A stretch of 38,081 nucleotides of DNA from an uncultured Candidatus Saccharibacteria bacterium. Lineage in GTDB: Bacteria > Patescibacteriota > Minisyncoccia > UBA6257 > 2-01-FULL-56-20. The stretch is from positions 1-38,081 of the forward strand of contig CAYQFA010000001.1 of the NCBI GenBank assembly GCA_964416665.1, in the 5' to 3' direction. The stretch's first letter is position 1. Each line of letters opens with the position of its first letter. Below the pieces are notes generated by a model, which searched no databases, had not been told where the DNA came from, and worked only from the letters and a program-made list of their open reading frames with translations. The position numbers were made by a program, and so were the translations under genes. Shown one piece after another: positions 17,176 to 26,090 of this stretch.

Positions 17176-17220
17176 AAAAAAAAGCAGCTCGCAATCCGTG
17201 TTTTATTACGGACCGCGAGC
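17176..17220 (-). terminator. rho-independent terminator of the 17243..17911 gene
   Basis: The minus strand reads GCTCGCGGTCCGT-aataaaac-ACGGATTGCGAGC-tgcTTTTTTTT. The stem is 13 nt per arm with one mismatch, followed by a U-run of 8. Confidence 0.75.
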
Positions 17221-17242
17221 CGCGAGCGAACAAGAGATATCT

Positions 17243-17911
17243 TTACTGTGCCACGACGGTCCTCCGGTAGCCGGTGGCTTTGGTGCCGCTGATGGTGATC
17301 AGAACGACCCGGCGACCTTGGTATTGGGTCGTGTCGATCTTGCCGAAGAAAATAGGCAGATCGTTGCAAAGCTGTTCGCTCTGCAGCGGGTTTATGTTTT
17401 TGACGGCCTTGAACCAGTCGTCGAGCTGATGCTTCGAGCCAAGCCTCCCGTTCCGGCCGGTTGCGTCGTGTTGATCGAGCCAGCGCTTGATGTTCTCAAC
17501 GCGCTGCTTGATCTCCGTCACGCCGGGATTTTTTCCGAGAAATTCCGGAGTGATGGCCAGGTCGCCGAGAAGGGCTTTGTTCATCGCCCAATCCGGAAGA
17601 CCTTGCGCCAGGTTCGGGAGGACGTTCACGACGGGCGAGGTACATACCCGCACGTTGTAGTCCACTTCCGACTGTCCGTTGAGACCAAAGGAGGAATCGA
17701 TGTATTTTCTTTCGAAAATTCCGCCCGGTTCCGTCAGCCTTCTGTCGATGGTCCCGTTCATCACGGGGCCGATCCTGCTGTCGGTGTTGTTGATGATCTT
17801 CACGTCCACCTGCGGGACGTTCCCCACAAGGAATCCAACGGTTTGAGCGTGGGAGGTTGTCGCAAGGACAAATCCCAGGATAGCGATGACAAAGAGCGCG
17901 ATGCGTTTCAT
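17243..17911 (-). CDS. secreted hypothetical protein
   Basis: Signal peptide MKRIALFVIAILGFVLATTSHAQT. 222 aa with its own terminator. No family recognised. Confidence 0.65.
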   Translation of the reverse strand: MKRIALFVIAILGFVLATTSHAQTVGFLVGNVPQVDVKIINNTDSRIGPVMNGTIDRRLTEPGGIFERKYIDSSFGLNGQSEVDYNVRVCTSPVVNVLPNLAQGLPDWAMNKALLGDLAITPEFLGKNPGVTEIKQRVENIKRWLDQHDATGRNGRLGSKHQLDDWFKAVKNINPLQSEQLCNDLPIFFGKIDTTQYQGRRVVLITISGTKATGYRRTVVAQ

Positions 17912-18051
17912 TTCTCTCTCCGATCTTCAAGGGATTTTCCACCCCTCTGCGTATATGATTATACCATTAAAATGCCATATTTGTCAATGACCTTAAAAAC
18001 CGGTTAAAACTTGCTTGAAGTGAATGGTTTGAAAGGGTACTATACAGAGAC

Positions 18052-19728
18052 ATGGCAGATTCACCGCAAAAAGACCTTCAGGAAAAGCTTAAAAAACTTC
18101 GGCACGAAGGGGAGGAGCGCGCCGCCCGGCGCCTGGCGGAGACGTTGGGGCTTTCCTACGTTGACCTTTCAAGGATTCCGGTCTCTCTTGACGCCGTGCG
18201 GGTGATCCCCGAGCAGGTTGCACGCGACGCGAAGATCGCTTCCATTGAAAGCAAGTCGAAAAAACTCGCCGTCGCCGCGGTCGATCCGGAACTTCCCGCC
18301 GCAAAAAAGGCGATCGCGGATCTTGTCGCGCAGAAATATGAGGTGAGGGTGGTGGTGGTCTCGTCATCGGGGATAGAGGCCGCGTGGCACTTTTATCAAT
18401 TCATAAAACCGGACGTCGCGAACATCACCGGCAAGGTCAATATCACAAAAGATCGCCTGACGGATCTTCGCTCTCGTTTGACAACGATAGACGCCATCCA
18501 CGACGAGCTTTCGAAATTGGACTTTAATAAGGCATCCCCGGTCGTCCTCATTGAGATAATTCTTGCGGGCGCCATGGGAGTGCGCACGTCGGATATTCAT
18601 ACCGAAGCCGGGGAAAAGGGAGCGAAGATCCGTTTCCGCATCGACGGCCTTCTCCGCGATATTTTCACCGACCTCCCGCTCCGCACCTATCAGGCATTCG
18701 TTTCACGCATCAAGTTGCTTTCCGAAATGAAGTTAAACGTCAAGAGCGAGGCGCAGGACGGTCGCTTCACGATCGGGTTGGGCGATAAGGAGATCGAGAT
18801 GCGCGTTTCCATCATACCTGCGGAGTTCGGGGAGACGATCGTCATGAGAATTCTTGACCCATCAGCGACGATGGTCGGTTTGCCCGACCTTGGATTGCGT
18901 GAAGACAATCTCGCGCTCGTAAAAAAACAGCTCGACCGCCCGAACGGACTGATATTGAACACCGGCCCCACGGGTTCCGGAAAGACCACCACGCTTTATG
19001 CGTTTTTGCGCACCATGAACGACCCGACGGTCAAGATCATCACCCTCGAGGATCCTATCGAATATCGCATTGACGGCGTCGAGCAGACGCAGGTGAATGA
19101 CGAATCGGGCTACACTTTTGCGAGCGGCTTGCGCGCCATCGTGCGCCAAGATCCCGATGTGATCCTCGTAGGCGAGGTGCGCGACCTCGAAACCGCTGAC
19201 ATCGCGATGCAAGCGGCGCTCACCGGTCACCTTGTGCTTTCAACACTGCATACCAACGATGCCGTCGGTGCCGTGCCGCGCCTGATCAATCTTGGCGTGA
19301 AAGCGGTGAGCATCGGTCCTGCGCTTGCGCTCGTTATCGCACAGCGTCTGGTGCGCGTGCTGTGCAAGGAGTGTAAAAAAGAGGCCGCAGTGGATGATGC
19401 GACCAAAGAAAAAATAAAGGCGTTTTTGGAGAAGCTCCCCGCGAAAGTGAACCGCGCGCCGTATGAGAATTATAAAATCTATGGACCGGTTGGTTGCTTA
19501 AAATGCAATGGTCTTGGCTATAAAGGCCGCGTCGGTGTCTTCGAATTTTTAGAAGGCGGCGGCGACTTGGAAGTGACCATCTTAAAAGAGGCTTCGGAAG
19601 TCGCGTTGCGTGAGGTTGCGGCGCGCCAAGGGATGGTCACGATGCAACAAGATGGTATATTGAAGGTGTTGGAAGGAAAGACGACGTTCGATGAAGTGAC
19701 AGGCGCTACCGGAGAACTCGCGTGGTAG
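18052..19728 (+). CDS. pilB: GspE/PilB-family type II/IV secretion (type IV pilus assembly) ATPase
   Basis: Walker A GPTGSGKTTT, Asp box, and His box TGHLVLSTLHTN. A tetracysteine motif is present (CKECKK…CLKCNGLGYKGR). 558 aa. Confidence 0.9.
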   Translation: MADSPQKDLQEKLKKLRHEGEERAARRLAETLGLSYVDLSRIPVSLDAVRVIPEQVARDAKIASIESKSKKLAVAAVDPELPAAKKAIADLVAQKYEVRVVVVSSSGIEAAWHFYQFIKPDVANITGKVNITKDRLTDLRSRLTTIDAIHDELSKLDFNKASPVVLIEIILAGAMGVRTSDIHTEAGEKGAKIRFRIDGLLRDIFTDLPLRTYQAFVSRIKLLSEMKLNVKSEAQDGRFTIGLGDKEIEMRVSIIPAEFGETIVMRILDPSATMVGLPDLGLREDNLALVKKQLDRPNGLILNTGPTGSGKTTTLYAFLRTMNDPTVKIITLEDPIEYRIDGVEQTQVNDESGYTFASGLRAIVRQDPDVILVGEVRDLETADIAMQAALTGHLVLSTLHTNDAVGAVPRLINLGVKAVSIGPALALVIAQRLVRVLCKECKKEAAVDDATKEKIKAFLEKLPAKVNRAPYENYKIYGPVGCLKCNGLGYKGRVGVFEFLEGGGDLEVTILKEASEVALREVAARQGMVTMQQDGILKVLEGKTTFDEVTGATGELAW

Positions 19729-19925
19729 CTGGCAGTAGGTAACAAGCTCAAACCTGGGGGCAATTCCTCGCGAAAGGATAATGTTCTCTTCTATCAAATG
19801 ATAAAAGAGGATAGAATTACTCAAAGGATGGAACCAGCCGGAACCGATTCGTCCTAAAGTTTTTAGAAATAATTCCCGCCCCCAGATTTGAACCGACTAC
19901 CTGCCAAAGATCTTTTATTGATTAC
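19729..19925 (-). ncRNA. candidate structured small RNA (unknown class) closed by a ~28-bp terminal stem
   Basis: Arm 19731-19760 pairs with arm 19879-19905. Five positions are A/C mismatches on the plus strand but G-U wobbles on the minus strand. Internal hairpins are UUCUAAA-aac-UUUAGGA and UCCUCUUUUAUCA-uu-UGAUAGAAGAGAA. A consensus promoter lies directly upstream on the minus strand. Confidence 0.4.
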
Positions 19926-19931
19926 CGGTAT

Positions 19932-19960
19932 ATATTAGCATGTTGTTAATTTTTTGTCAA
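19932..19960 (-). promoter_or_regulatory. sigma70-type promoter TTGACA-17 nt-TAATAT with TGn extension (minus strand)
   Basis: The minus strand reads cTTGACAaaaaattaacaacaTGcTAATATataccgg. It points away from ruvB and into the structured region. Confidence 0.6.
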
Positions 19961-19974
19961 GCCCCTTTTCGCCC

Positions 19975-20985
19975 ATGCCAAAAGACCCCAAATCCAACCT
20001 CATAAACCCTGCCGATGACCCGAATATCGACCTCACTCTACGGCCGGTCATTTGGGACGAATATATCGGGCAGGAAAAGATAAAAGACAACTTGAAAGTT
20101 TTACTTGAGGCTGCAAAAAAGCGCGGCGAGGCGGCCGACCACCTTTTATTTTCCGGTCCGGCGGGATTGGGGAAGACGACGCTCGCATATCTTGTCGCGC
20201 GCGAGCTCGGCGGCGTGATCAAGACCACGTCCGGCCCGGCGCTTGAGAAGGTTGGCGATCTCGCTGCGGTGTTGACGAACCTCACGCCCGGCGAAATATT
20301 ATTCATCGACGAGGCGCACCGCGTGAACCCCATGATCGAGGAAGTCCTCTATCCGGCAATGGAGTCGCGGAAGCTGCATCTCGTTGTCGGCAAGGGACCC
20401 TCCGCACGAACACTGACCTTGGACTTGCCGCCGTTCACCTTGATCGCCGCGACCACACGCGAGAATCTTTTGTCCCAGCCGCTTCGCTCGCGGTTCGGCG
20501 CAACATTGCGATTGGGATACTACACGGTGGATGACATTAAAAAAATATTAACGCGCTCGGCAAAAATTCTGGGCGTCCAGGCGTCGCCGGAGGCGATAGA
20601 GGTTTTGGCGCGGGCATCGCGGGGGACGCCTCGTGTTGCGAACCGGCTTTTGCGCCGTGCGCGCGACTTCGCCGAAGTGCATCGCAACAGTGTTATCGAC
20701 GAAGCTTCTGCGCGTCGCACCCTTGAGATGCTTGAAGTTGACGAGCTTGGCCTCGAACCGCAGGATCGTCAGCTGCTTTTAACGATCATCGAGAAGTTCA
20801 ATGGCGGCCCCGTCGGCATCAACACACTCGCTGCGGCGCTCTCCGAGGAGCGCGGCGTGATCGAGGATATCTACGAGCCCTATCTTATGACGCTTGGTTT
20901 TTTGCAACGCTCATCGAGCGGCCGCGTCGTACTGCCGGCTGCGTATAAACATTTGAAGCTAAAGCAAGGGGACGAGCTGTTCTAG
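19975..20985 (+). CDS. ruvB: Holliday junction branch-migration helicase RuvB
   Basis: LRPVIWDEYIGQEKIK, Walker A GPAGLGKTTLA, Walker B LFIDEAHR. ATG at 19975 is preferred over the TTG at 19954. Confidence 0.95.
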   Translation: MPKDPKSNLINPADDPNIDLTLRPVIWDEYIGQEKIKDNLKVLLEAAKKRGEAADHLLFSGPAGLGKTTLAYLVARELGGVIKTTSGPALEKVGDLAAVLTNLTPGEILFIDEAHRVNPMIEEVLYPAMESRKLHLVVGKGPSARTLTLDLPPFTLIAATTRENLLSQPLRSRFGATLRLGYYTVDDIKKILTRSAKILGVQASPEAIEVLARASRGTPRVANRLLRRARDFAEVHRNSVIDEASARRTLEMLEVDELGLEPQDRQLLLTIIEKFNGGPVGINTLAAALSEERGVIEDIYEPYLMTLGFLQRSSSGRVVLPAAYKHLKLKQGDELF

Positions 20986-21030
20986 AGTTTTTTAGATCTT
21001 TTTAATCCTGGGTCGTGTAGCCTTGGGCTT

Positions 21031-21603
21031 ATGCTCTATCTCAATGAGTGGTTTCCCAATCCCGTCGGCGCCGATGCTGCGGGCGAGTTTATAGAGCTCT
21101 ATAACAGCGGCAGCTCGTCGATTTTATTGGATGGCTATTCGCTCGGTGTCGGCGACAAGAAGAAATTTTCCCTCAATGGCCATACTATTTTATCCGGCGA
21201 TTATCTGGTGCTAAAGAAGGCGCAGACGAGGCTGGCTTTGAAAAACAGCGACGGGGCATTATTCTTATATGGTCCGGGCGGACAGGTGGTTGATCAGGCG
21301 AGTTTTGTGGGTTCGGCGCCCGAGGGGAAGAGTTTCTCGCGCATCAGTTACGCCGCATCGTCGGCGCAGCACTTTGTTTTTACCGACCCGACTCCGGGCG
21401 CACTCAATAAGACGGTCAACACCATGATCGCGTCGGTAAATTATCCGGAAGGCACATCGCTTTCGCCGCCGCCCGCCCCATCATTGTTTTTTCTACTCGC
21501 CATTGGTATCGCATCAACCATCTTCTTGCTGTTTATTTATCTTTTCGCCAAAAATGAAAACCTATCACACTGTCTCTTCGGAGGCGACAAAGCGGATCGG
21601 TGA
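21031..21603 (+). CDS. lamin-tail-domain (LTD) protein with C-terminal TM anchor
   Basis: NEWFPNPVGADAAGEFIELYNSG is the LTD signature. A C-terminal hydrophobic helix is present (LFFLLAIGIASTIFLLFIYLF). Confidence 0.7.
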   Translation: MLYLNEWFPNPVGADAAGEFIELYNSGSSSILLDGYSLGVGDKKKFSLNGHTILSGDYLVLKKAQTRLALKNSDGALFLYGPGGQVVDQASFVGSAPEGKSFSRISYAASSAQHFVFTDPTPGALNKTVNTMIASVNYPEGTSLSPPPAPSLFFLLAIGIASTIFLLFIYLFAKNENLSHCLFGGDKADR

Positions 21604-22027
21604 GGAATTTGCCGTGGCGCTTTTGGGGAAAAGGCCCGGCGCGGGAAAGGGGTCCGGCGCCACGGTCGTTGTGTTGTCCGGCGAGCTCGGCGCAGGGAAG
21701 ACCACTTTCGTCCAGGGGTTTTTTGCAGGCGCCGGGATCAAAAAGCGCGCGCTCAGTCCGACGTTCGTGATCATGCGCCGCTACCGGCTTGCGCCACGAA
21801 AAAGATTTTCGCACATTTTTCATATTGATGCGTATCGCCTCAAGAACGCCGAGCAACTCTCATCGCTCGCATTCGATGAAATGCTTGCCGACCCCCAAAA
21901 CCTCATTCTTGTTGAATGGGGCGAGCGGATAAAAAGCGCGTTGCCGAAAAGCGCGCGATGGCTGCAATTCCGTCACGGCAGGAAAGAAAACGAGAGAACG
22001 ATTACAATGAAGGAACCGTCAAAATGA
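21554..22027 (+). CDS. tsaE: tRNA t6A37 biosynthesis ATPase TsaE
   Basis: P-loop GELGAGKTTFVQG with the typical N-terminus (SSEATKRIGEEFA). The ATG at 21554 overlaps the LTD gene by 50 nt. Confidence 0.85.
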   Translation: MKTYHTVSSEATKRIGEEFAVALLGKRPGAGKGSGATVVVLSGELGAGKTTFVQGFFAGAGIKKRALSPTFVIMRRYRLAPRKRFSHIFHIDAYRLKNAEQLSSLAFDEMLADPQNLILVEWGERIKSALPKSARWLQFRHGRKENERTITMKEPSK

Positions 22028-22953
22028 AAAAACTTCTTCTCATCGACGCGAATTCGATCATCCATCGCTCGTTTCACGCGCTGCCGCCGTTCACGACGCC
22101 GGAAGGCAAACCATCCGGTGCCATTTACGGCATCGCGAGCATTCTGCTGCGGCTGTGGCGCGAGGATCGTCCCGATTATGTTGCGGCGCTCTTCGACCGT
22201 CCCGAGCCGACCTTCCGCGATAAGATCTACGCCGAATATAAGGCCCAGCGCCCGCCGGCGCCGAGCGAGCTTATCCAGCAGATCATCGAGGCGCATCATC
22301 TTTTCGCCGCATTCGGCATCACTACCTTCGAGAAGCCCGGCTTTGAGGCCGACGACCTTATTGCGACGCTCGCGGTCCATTTTAAAAACGCGCCGGACAT
22401 CCAGGTGGTCATCCTCACCGGCGACCGGGATACGTTGCAGCTTGTGGAAGGAGACAAGCTGGTGGTCCAAGTCTTCAACACGGGCATAAGCGATACGACA
22501 ATTTATAACGAAGCCGCCGTCATCGCGAAATATAACGGCCTCGCACCAACGCAGCTCGTTGATTACAAGGCGCTTGTGGGAGACAATTCCGATAATATCA
22601 AAGGCGTGCCGGGGATCGGGCCGAAGACGGGAACTGAGCTTATCAAGCGTTTTGGTACGGTAAAAAACATGTTCGAGCACTTATCCGAGGACGCAAAGCT
22701 CCAGCAAAAATTCGGGGCATACAAGAAGGAAGCCGAACTTTCCCGTGAACTGGTCATTTTAGAAAAAAATGCGCCGATCGAGATGCCGGAGCTTGAGGCG
22801 CTAAGGCCATATCCTACGACGAATGGCGCAGAGGAGTACTTTGTCGCCATGGGTTTTTCGACGCTTGTGAAGCGGCTTCACGGGGAGGACGCGCCATCGA
22901 AATCTTCGGCGGCAAAAAAGCGCCCGCCGACCGCGCAGCAATCACTGTTTTAA
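22024..22953 (+). CDS. stand-alone 5'-3' exonuclease (Pol I N-terminal/FEN-like)
   Basis: MKKLLLIDANSIIHRSFHA…, EADDLIATLA, LTGDRDTLQL, GDNSDNIKGVPGIGPKTG (H3TH). Its ATG overlaps the tsaE stop (ATGA). Confidence 0.85.
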   Translation: MKKLLLIDANSIIHRSFHALPPFTTPEGKPSGAIYGIASILLRLWREDRPDYVAALFDRPEPTFRDKIYAEYKAQRPPAPSELIQQIIEAHHLFAAFGITTFEKPGFEADDLIATLAVHFKNAPDIQVVILTGDRDTLQLVEGDKLVVQVFNTGISDTTIYNEAAVIAKYNGLAPTQLVDYKALVGDNSDNIKGVPGIGPKTGTELIKRFGTVKNMFEHLSEDAKLQQKFGAYKKEAELSRELVILEKNAPIEMPELEALRPYPTTNGAEEYFVAMGFSTLVKRLHGEDAPSKSSAAKKRPPTAQQSLF

Positions 22954-23021
22954 AAGGCGTCTTTTGTGTATCATTAAAGGTATTGAACGATAGCACGAGC
23001 CCAAAATTTAAAGACGTTGTT

Positions 23022-24323
23022 ATGTCGAGCAGCTTCCGCGTCGCTTGGTTTCTATTGGCGGCCGTTGCTGTTGCGATCGTCATCGTTCTTGTGGGCGGGC
23101 TCGCTCCAATCCTTGCCATCGTCACAACGGCCCTGCTCATTGTGGTCGCGGCGCTCGCTTCAGCCAATATTTATATCGCCGCGAAAATGAACCGGGGGGC
23201 GAGCGTTGGCGGCAGTGAACTTAAAAGCATCCTTGCGAGCATCGATGACGTGCTCATTGTCTACGATGAGGACTTTAAGGTGGTTTTCTTCAACGGTGCC
23301 GCGGAAAAACTTTTTAAACTCCCGGCAAGCGCGGCACTTGGTCACGTGCTCTCCGCCCGTGATGTCGAGAAGGATGGGTGGCGCATTCTCGTCCAGGTCA
23401 TTTTCCCGTCGCTTGCACCGCGGGTGCTCATCCGCACGAAGGAGGGTGATACTCCGCAGGTCGCCGACGTGTCATTCACCGATCCGGAGCTTGAGCTCAG
23501 GGTCACCACGATACCGGTCTTGGACGCCGCTGGGAATCCGCTCGCCTTTATGAAGATCATCCGCGACCGCACAGCCCTCGTCGCCGCGTTGCGCTCGAAG
23601 AACGAATTCATCACGGTCGCCTCGCACCAGTTGCGTGGGCCGGTGACCGATATCAACTGGGCGCTTCAGTCGCTCTCGCAGGTCACCGAACTTAATGAGA
23701 CGAACAAGATGATCGTCGATACTGCGTTGGCGGCGAGCCAGAATCTCCTTCATAGGATCGAGGATCTTTTGAACATCGCCAAAATGGAGGACGGGCAATT
23801 CGGCTATAACTTTGAGGATGCGGACATCGTTGATTATGTCGGCAAGATGCTTGCCGACGTTCTTCCCGCCGCACGCAAGGCCGGTGTCAAGATATATTTC
23901 GATCGCCCCTCCGAACCGATGCCGCACGTGAACATCGACCCCAAGCGCCTTTCGCTTGCCGTGACGAATCTGCTCGAAAATGCCATCCGTTATAACGTGG
24001 AGAATGGTGAGGTCACCGTGAAGATCGACAAGATGCAGGACAAGCCGTTTGTAGTGGTGAGCGTCAAGGACACTGGCATCGGCATCCCATCGGAGGCCAT
24101 CTCGAAGCTTTTTTCCAAATTTTATCGCGCGGAGAACGCCGTGAAGTCTCAAACCGAGGGCTCCGGCCTCGGCCTCTATATTTCCAAAGGCATCATTGTC
24201 GCCCATGGTGGGCAGATATGGGCCGAATCCGAGCTTAACCGCGGAACCACCATCTCATTTGCCCTTCCCACCGACTCAAGTTTGGTGCCCCGGCACGAAG
24301 TGAGCTCGGAGGATATGGTGTAG
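23022..24323 (+). CDS. sensor histidine kinase (2 TM + PAS-like + HisKA + HATPase_c), no cognate regulator adjacent
   Basis: H-box ASHQLRGP, N-box NLLENAIRYN, G-boxes DTGIGIP and GSGLGLYISK. The start could instead be the TTG at 22983. Confidence 0.85.
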   Translation: MSSSFRVAWFLLAAVAVAIVIVLVGGLAPILAIVTTALLIVVAALASANIYIAAKMNRGASVGGSELKSILASIDDVLIVYDEDFKVVFFNGAAEKLFKLPASAALGHVLSARDVEKDGWRILVQVIFPSLAPRVLIRTKEGDTPQVADVSFTDPELELRVTTIPVLDAAGNPLAFMKIIRDRTALVAALRSKNEFITVASHQLRGPVTDINWALQSLSQVTELNETNKMIVDTALAASQNLLHRIEDLLNIAKMEDGQFGYNFEDADIVDYVGKMLADVLPAARKAGVKIYFDRPSEPMPHVNIDPKRLSLAVTNLLENAIRYNVENGEVTVKIDKMQDKPFVVVSVKDTGIGIPSEAISKLFSKFYRAENAVKSQTEGSGLGLYISKGIIVAHGGQIWAESELNRGTTISFALPTDSSLVPRHEVSSEDMV

Positions 24324-24428
24324 TTCGCACATATTACCTTGTTTTTGGAGGTCGCGTCGTTTTCTGCTGAAAACGGCATGATTTCCCCTTGCCCTTGCCA
24401 AGACGTTTCGTGTAAACTGATAGGCGAT

Positions 24429-26090
24429 ATGATAACCAAAACCACAAAATATATTTTCATTGTCGGCGGGGTGATGTCGGGAGTCGGAAAGGGCGTTGCA
24501 TCTTCTTCCATCGGAAAAATCATCCAGTCGCGTGGTATCGAAGTCACTTCTCTCAAGATCGATCCGTATGTAAACGTTGACGCAGGCACTATGAACCCCA
24601 CCGAACACGGTGAGGTTTTTGTTTTGGACGACGGCACCGAGTGCGATCAGGACATGGGCAATTATGAGCGCTTCCTCGATCGCGATCTTTCCGGCGCAAA
24701 TTACATGACGACGGGGAGTGTCTACAAAACCGTGATCGAGCGCGAGCGGAGCATGGGCTATGGCGGAAGATCGGTGAGCGTGGTGCCGTACATTCCGATA
24801 GAAGTGATCGACCGCATCAACAACGCCGTCGCACTTGCGAAGGCGGAGGTGGCGATCATCGAGATCGGCGGCACGGCGGGAGAATATGAGAACATACTTT
24901 TCCTGGAAGCGGTGCGCATGCTGAGGATCAAGCATCCGAAAGATGTCTTGCTCGTGTTGGTAAGCCATTTGCCGATCATGAGCGACGACAATGAGTTGAA
25001 GACGAAACCGACGCAGCATGCGGTGCGTGCGCTGAACGGCGTGGGATTGCAACCGGACATCATCCTTGCGCGTGCGAAGTATCCTCTCGACGAGAAAAGG
25101 AAAGAGAAGATCGCGTTCAATTGCAATTTGCGCGAAGAGGATGTCATCTCCGCACCGGACGTCGCGAACCTTTACGACATTCCCGTCAATTTCGAGAAGG
25201 ATAATATCGGGGACATCATTCTGGAGAAACTTTCCATGCGGCCGCGGAAAAAGGATATGAAGGAGTGGCGCGCGTTCGCGGAAAAAGTGCACAACGCGAG
25301 CGAACTGGTACACATCGGCATCGTGGGAAAATATTTTTCGACCGGGCAGTTCATTCTTGCGGATTCGTATCTCTCTGTGATCGAGTCGATCAAGCACGCT
25401 TCCGCGTTTTGGAACGTGCGTCCGCAGATCCATTGGCTGGATTCCGAGCAATTTGAAAAAGGCGGCGCGGCGCTCGAGGAGCTTAAAAAATACGACGGCA
25501 TCATCGTGCCGGGAGGCTTTGGGAGTCGTGGCGTGGAAGGGAAGCTGGCGGCTATCCAGTATTGCCGCGAGCATGCGATTCCGTATTTCGGGCTCTGCTA
25601 TGGTATGCAGCTTGCGGTGGTGGAATATGCCCGCAATGTGCTGAAATTCAAGGGCGCCAACACCACAGAGATCGATCCGAAAACGAAGTATCCCGTCATC
25701 GATATCCTGCCGGAGCAAAAGAAGCTCATGGCGGAAAAGAAGTACGGCGCCACGATGCGGCTTGGCGCATATCCGGCGGTGTTGAAGAAGGGGAGCGCAG
25801 CGGAGAAGGCGTACGGGAGGACGAATATTTCCGAGCGTCACCGCCATCGCTATGAGGTCAACCCTGTTTATGTGAAGCGGCTTGAAAAAGCAGGGATCAT
25901 CTTTTCCGGACAGTCGCCCAGCAGGAGGCTCATGGAAGTTATGGAGCTTCCGAAAGCGGTGCATCCGTTTTTCATCGGCACACAGTTTCATCCTGAGCTG
26001 AAGTCGCGGCCGCTCGATCCCAACCCGCTTTTCCGTGAGTTCGTCCATGCGGCGATTGTCCATCAAAAAACGCCGCCCAAGGCACAATGA
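24429..26090 (+). CDS. pyrG: CTP synthase
   Basis: YIFIVGGVMSGVGKG, the glutaminase nucleophile region GLCYGMQ, and HRHRYEVN. The in-frame ATG at 24429 is preferred to the track start. Confidence 0.95.
   Translation: MITKTTKYIFIVGGVMSGVGKGVASSSIGKIIQSRGIEVTSLKIDPYVNVDAGTMNPTEHGEVFVLDDGTECDQDMGNYERFLDRDLSGANYMTTGSVYKTVIERERSMGYGGRSVSVVPYIPIEVIDRINNAVALAKAEVAIIEIGGTAGEYENILFLEAVRMLRIKHPKDVLLVLVSHLPIMSDDNELKTKPTQHAVRALNGVGLQPDIILARAKYPLDEKRKEKIAFNCNLREEDVISAPDVANLYDIPVNFEKDNIGDIILEKLSMRPRKKDMKEWRAFAEKVHNASELVHIGIVGKYFSTGQFILADSYLSVIESIKHASAFWNVRPQIHWLDSEQFEKGGAALEELKKYDGIIVPGGFGSRGVEGKLAAIQYCREHAIPYFGLCYGMQLAVVEYARNVLKFKGANTTEIDPKTKYPVIDILPEQKKLMAEKKYGATMRLGAYPAVLKKGSAAEKAYGRTNISERHRHRYEVNPVYVKRLEKAGIIFSGQSPSRRLMEVMELPKAVHPFFIGTQFHPELKSRPLDPNPLFREFVHAAIVHQKTPPKAQ

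Noticed and set aside
19885-19895. A T-loop-like GGUUCAAAUC on the minus strand, suggesting a tRNA or tmRNA fragment.
   Set aside because: The flanking bases do not form a 5-bp T stem, and no acceptor, D or anticodon arms could be folded. The segment is instead one arm of the long closing stem of the ncRNA candidate.
19729-19925. Specific assignment of the structured RNA candidate as 6S RNA, SRP RNA or Y RNA.
   Set aside because: Only the overall size and closing stem resemble these classes. I could not find the SRP domain-IV motif (…GGAAG…AGCA…). I also could not find a clear 6S central bubble, or an adjacent Ro/Rsr gene. The candidate is left unclassified.
24276-26087. A 603-aa minus-strand ORF. 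Similar long antisense or alternate-frame ORFs occur at 4309..5268(-), 5416..5964(-), 10101..10793(-), 16883..18007(+), 23472..24206(-), 35779..36693(-) and 36896..37873(-).
   Set aside because: Each lies entirely antisense to, or out of frame with, genes carrying strong family motifs (pyrG, virB4, yidC, ruvC, the histidine kinase, the Clp-like gene). Their products are Arg/His/Leu-rich nonsense typical of shadow ORFs in GC-rich DNA.
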